A stretch of DNA of 6,364 bases, from NCBI GenBank assembly GCA_964457525.1, contig CAYWGS010000085.1, positions 1-6,364 on the forward strand. The letters are read 5' to 3'. This stretch comes from an uncultured Erysipelotrichaceae bacterium (GTDB lineage Bacteria; Bacillota_I; Bacilli_A; Erysipelotrichales; Erysipelotrichaceae). The position numbers and the translations under genes are program-made. This document shows positions 5,991-6,364 of this stretch, piece by piece; the stretch's first letter is position 1, and each line of letters begins with the position of its first letter. The notes under the pieces are model-generated. The model had not been told where the DNA came from. It did not search any database and worked only from the letters and a program-made list of their open reading frames with translations.

Positions 5991-6364
5991 ATGAACAATA
6001 ACGTAAAAACAATCGAAGAATACTTATCGCAATTTTCACCTGATGAACAAGCTGTAATACAACAATTAAGAGATAAAGCCAAAGCGTGTTTACCAAAGGG
6101 ATTTGAAGAAACAATTCTTTATAACATGATTACGTATGTTGTTCCACTTGAGATCTATCCAAAAGGCTATCATGTCTCAAAAGGTACACCTTTACCTTAT
6201 TTTGCGATTGCTAAACAAAAACATTTCTATGCACTTTATCATATGGGATATTATGCTAAACCTGAGATTTTTGAATCATTTTTAGCATCTTATCAAGCAA
6301 AATACGGGAAATTGGATATGGGTAAATCATGTTTAAGATTTAAGAAAGTAGAAAAAATACCCTT
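5991..6364 (+). CDS. DUF1801 (YdhG/YjdN-like) domain protein, 3'-truncated by the window edge
   Basis: Not in the supplied ORF track because no stop is reached. My translation from the ATG at 5991 is open to the window end (124 codons): MNNNVKTIEEYLSQFSPDEQAVIQQLRDKAKACLPKGFEETILYNMITYVVPLEIYPKGYHVSKGTPLPYFAIAKQKHFYALYHMGYYAKPEIFESFLASYQAKYGKLDMGKSCLRFKKVEKIP. The TIEEYLxxF...QxLR start and the LDMGKSCLRFKK end match my recollection of DUF1801 proteins. The ATG lies 3 nt after the ZIP stop, with GGGG at 5981-5984 as a possible Shine-Dalgarno. Confidence 0.7.
   Translation, partial: MNNNVKTIEEYLSQFSPDEQAVIQQLRDKAKACLPKGFEETILYNMITYVVPLEIYPKGYHVSKGTPLPYFAIAKQKHFYALYHMGYYAKPEIFESFLASYQAKYGKLDMGKSCLRFKKVEKIP

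Noticed and set aside
5867-6082. 71-aa antisense ORF spanning the ZIP/DUF1801 junction
   Set aside because: It overlaps two sense-strand genes that have clear family signatures, and nothing independently supports it.
1-6364. Scan for CRISPR repeats, IS/transposon ends, integrases, tRNA/rRNA and defence-system genes
   Set aside because: I could see no periodic direct repeats, long terminal inverted repeats or RNA-gene-like GC-rich structured segments. The five + strand CDSs and short intergenic gaps account for essentially all of the sequence.

Overview
AT-rich, Firmicutes-like chromosomal segment read with the standard bacterial code: Trp is TGG and no long frame is broken by TGA. All supported genes are on the + strand and form two apparent operons. 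Operon 1 (87-5101) holds two tandem paralogous c-di-GMP turnover genes with a multi-PAS -> GGDEF -> HD-GYP architecture. The first gene is a cytosolic 839-aa protein. Its GGDEF domain has an RxxD I-site, and its HD-GYP domain has substitutions at three positions that are His/His/Asp in the neighbouring paralog. The second gene is membrane-anchored (TM, extracytoplasmic sensor domain, TM, two PAS domains) and has a canonical HD-GYP domain. It is interrupted by a single in-frame TAG at 4043-4045, in the linker between the last PAS and the GGDEF domain, which produces the two tracked ORFs 2618-4045 and 4070-5101. Operon 1 ends in a rho-independent terminator at 5100-5125. Operon 2 (5172 to the window end) encodes a ZIP/GufA-type divalent-metal transporter, followed after a 3-nt gap by a 3'-truncated DUF1801 (YdhG-like) gene that is missing from the ORF track. 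I saw no tRNA or rRNA, CRISPR array, transposase, integrase or defence-type gene. I do not see a novel multi-gene system here. The points worth follow-up are the amber-interrupted sensor/enzyme gene and the complementary pattern of retained and lost motifs between the two GGDEF-HD-GYP paralogs.
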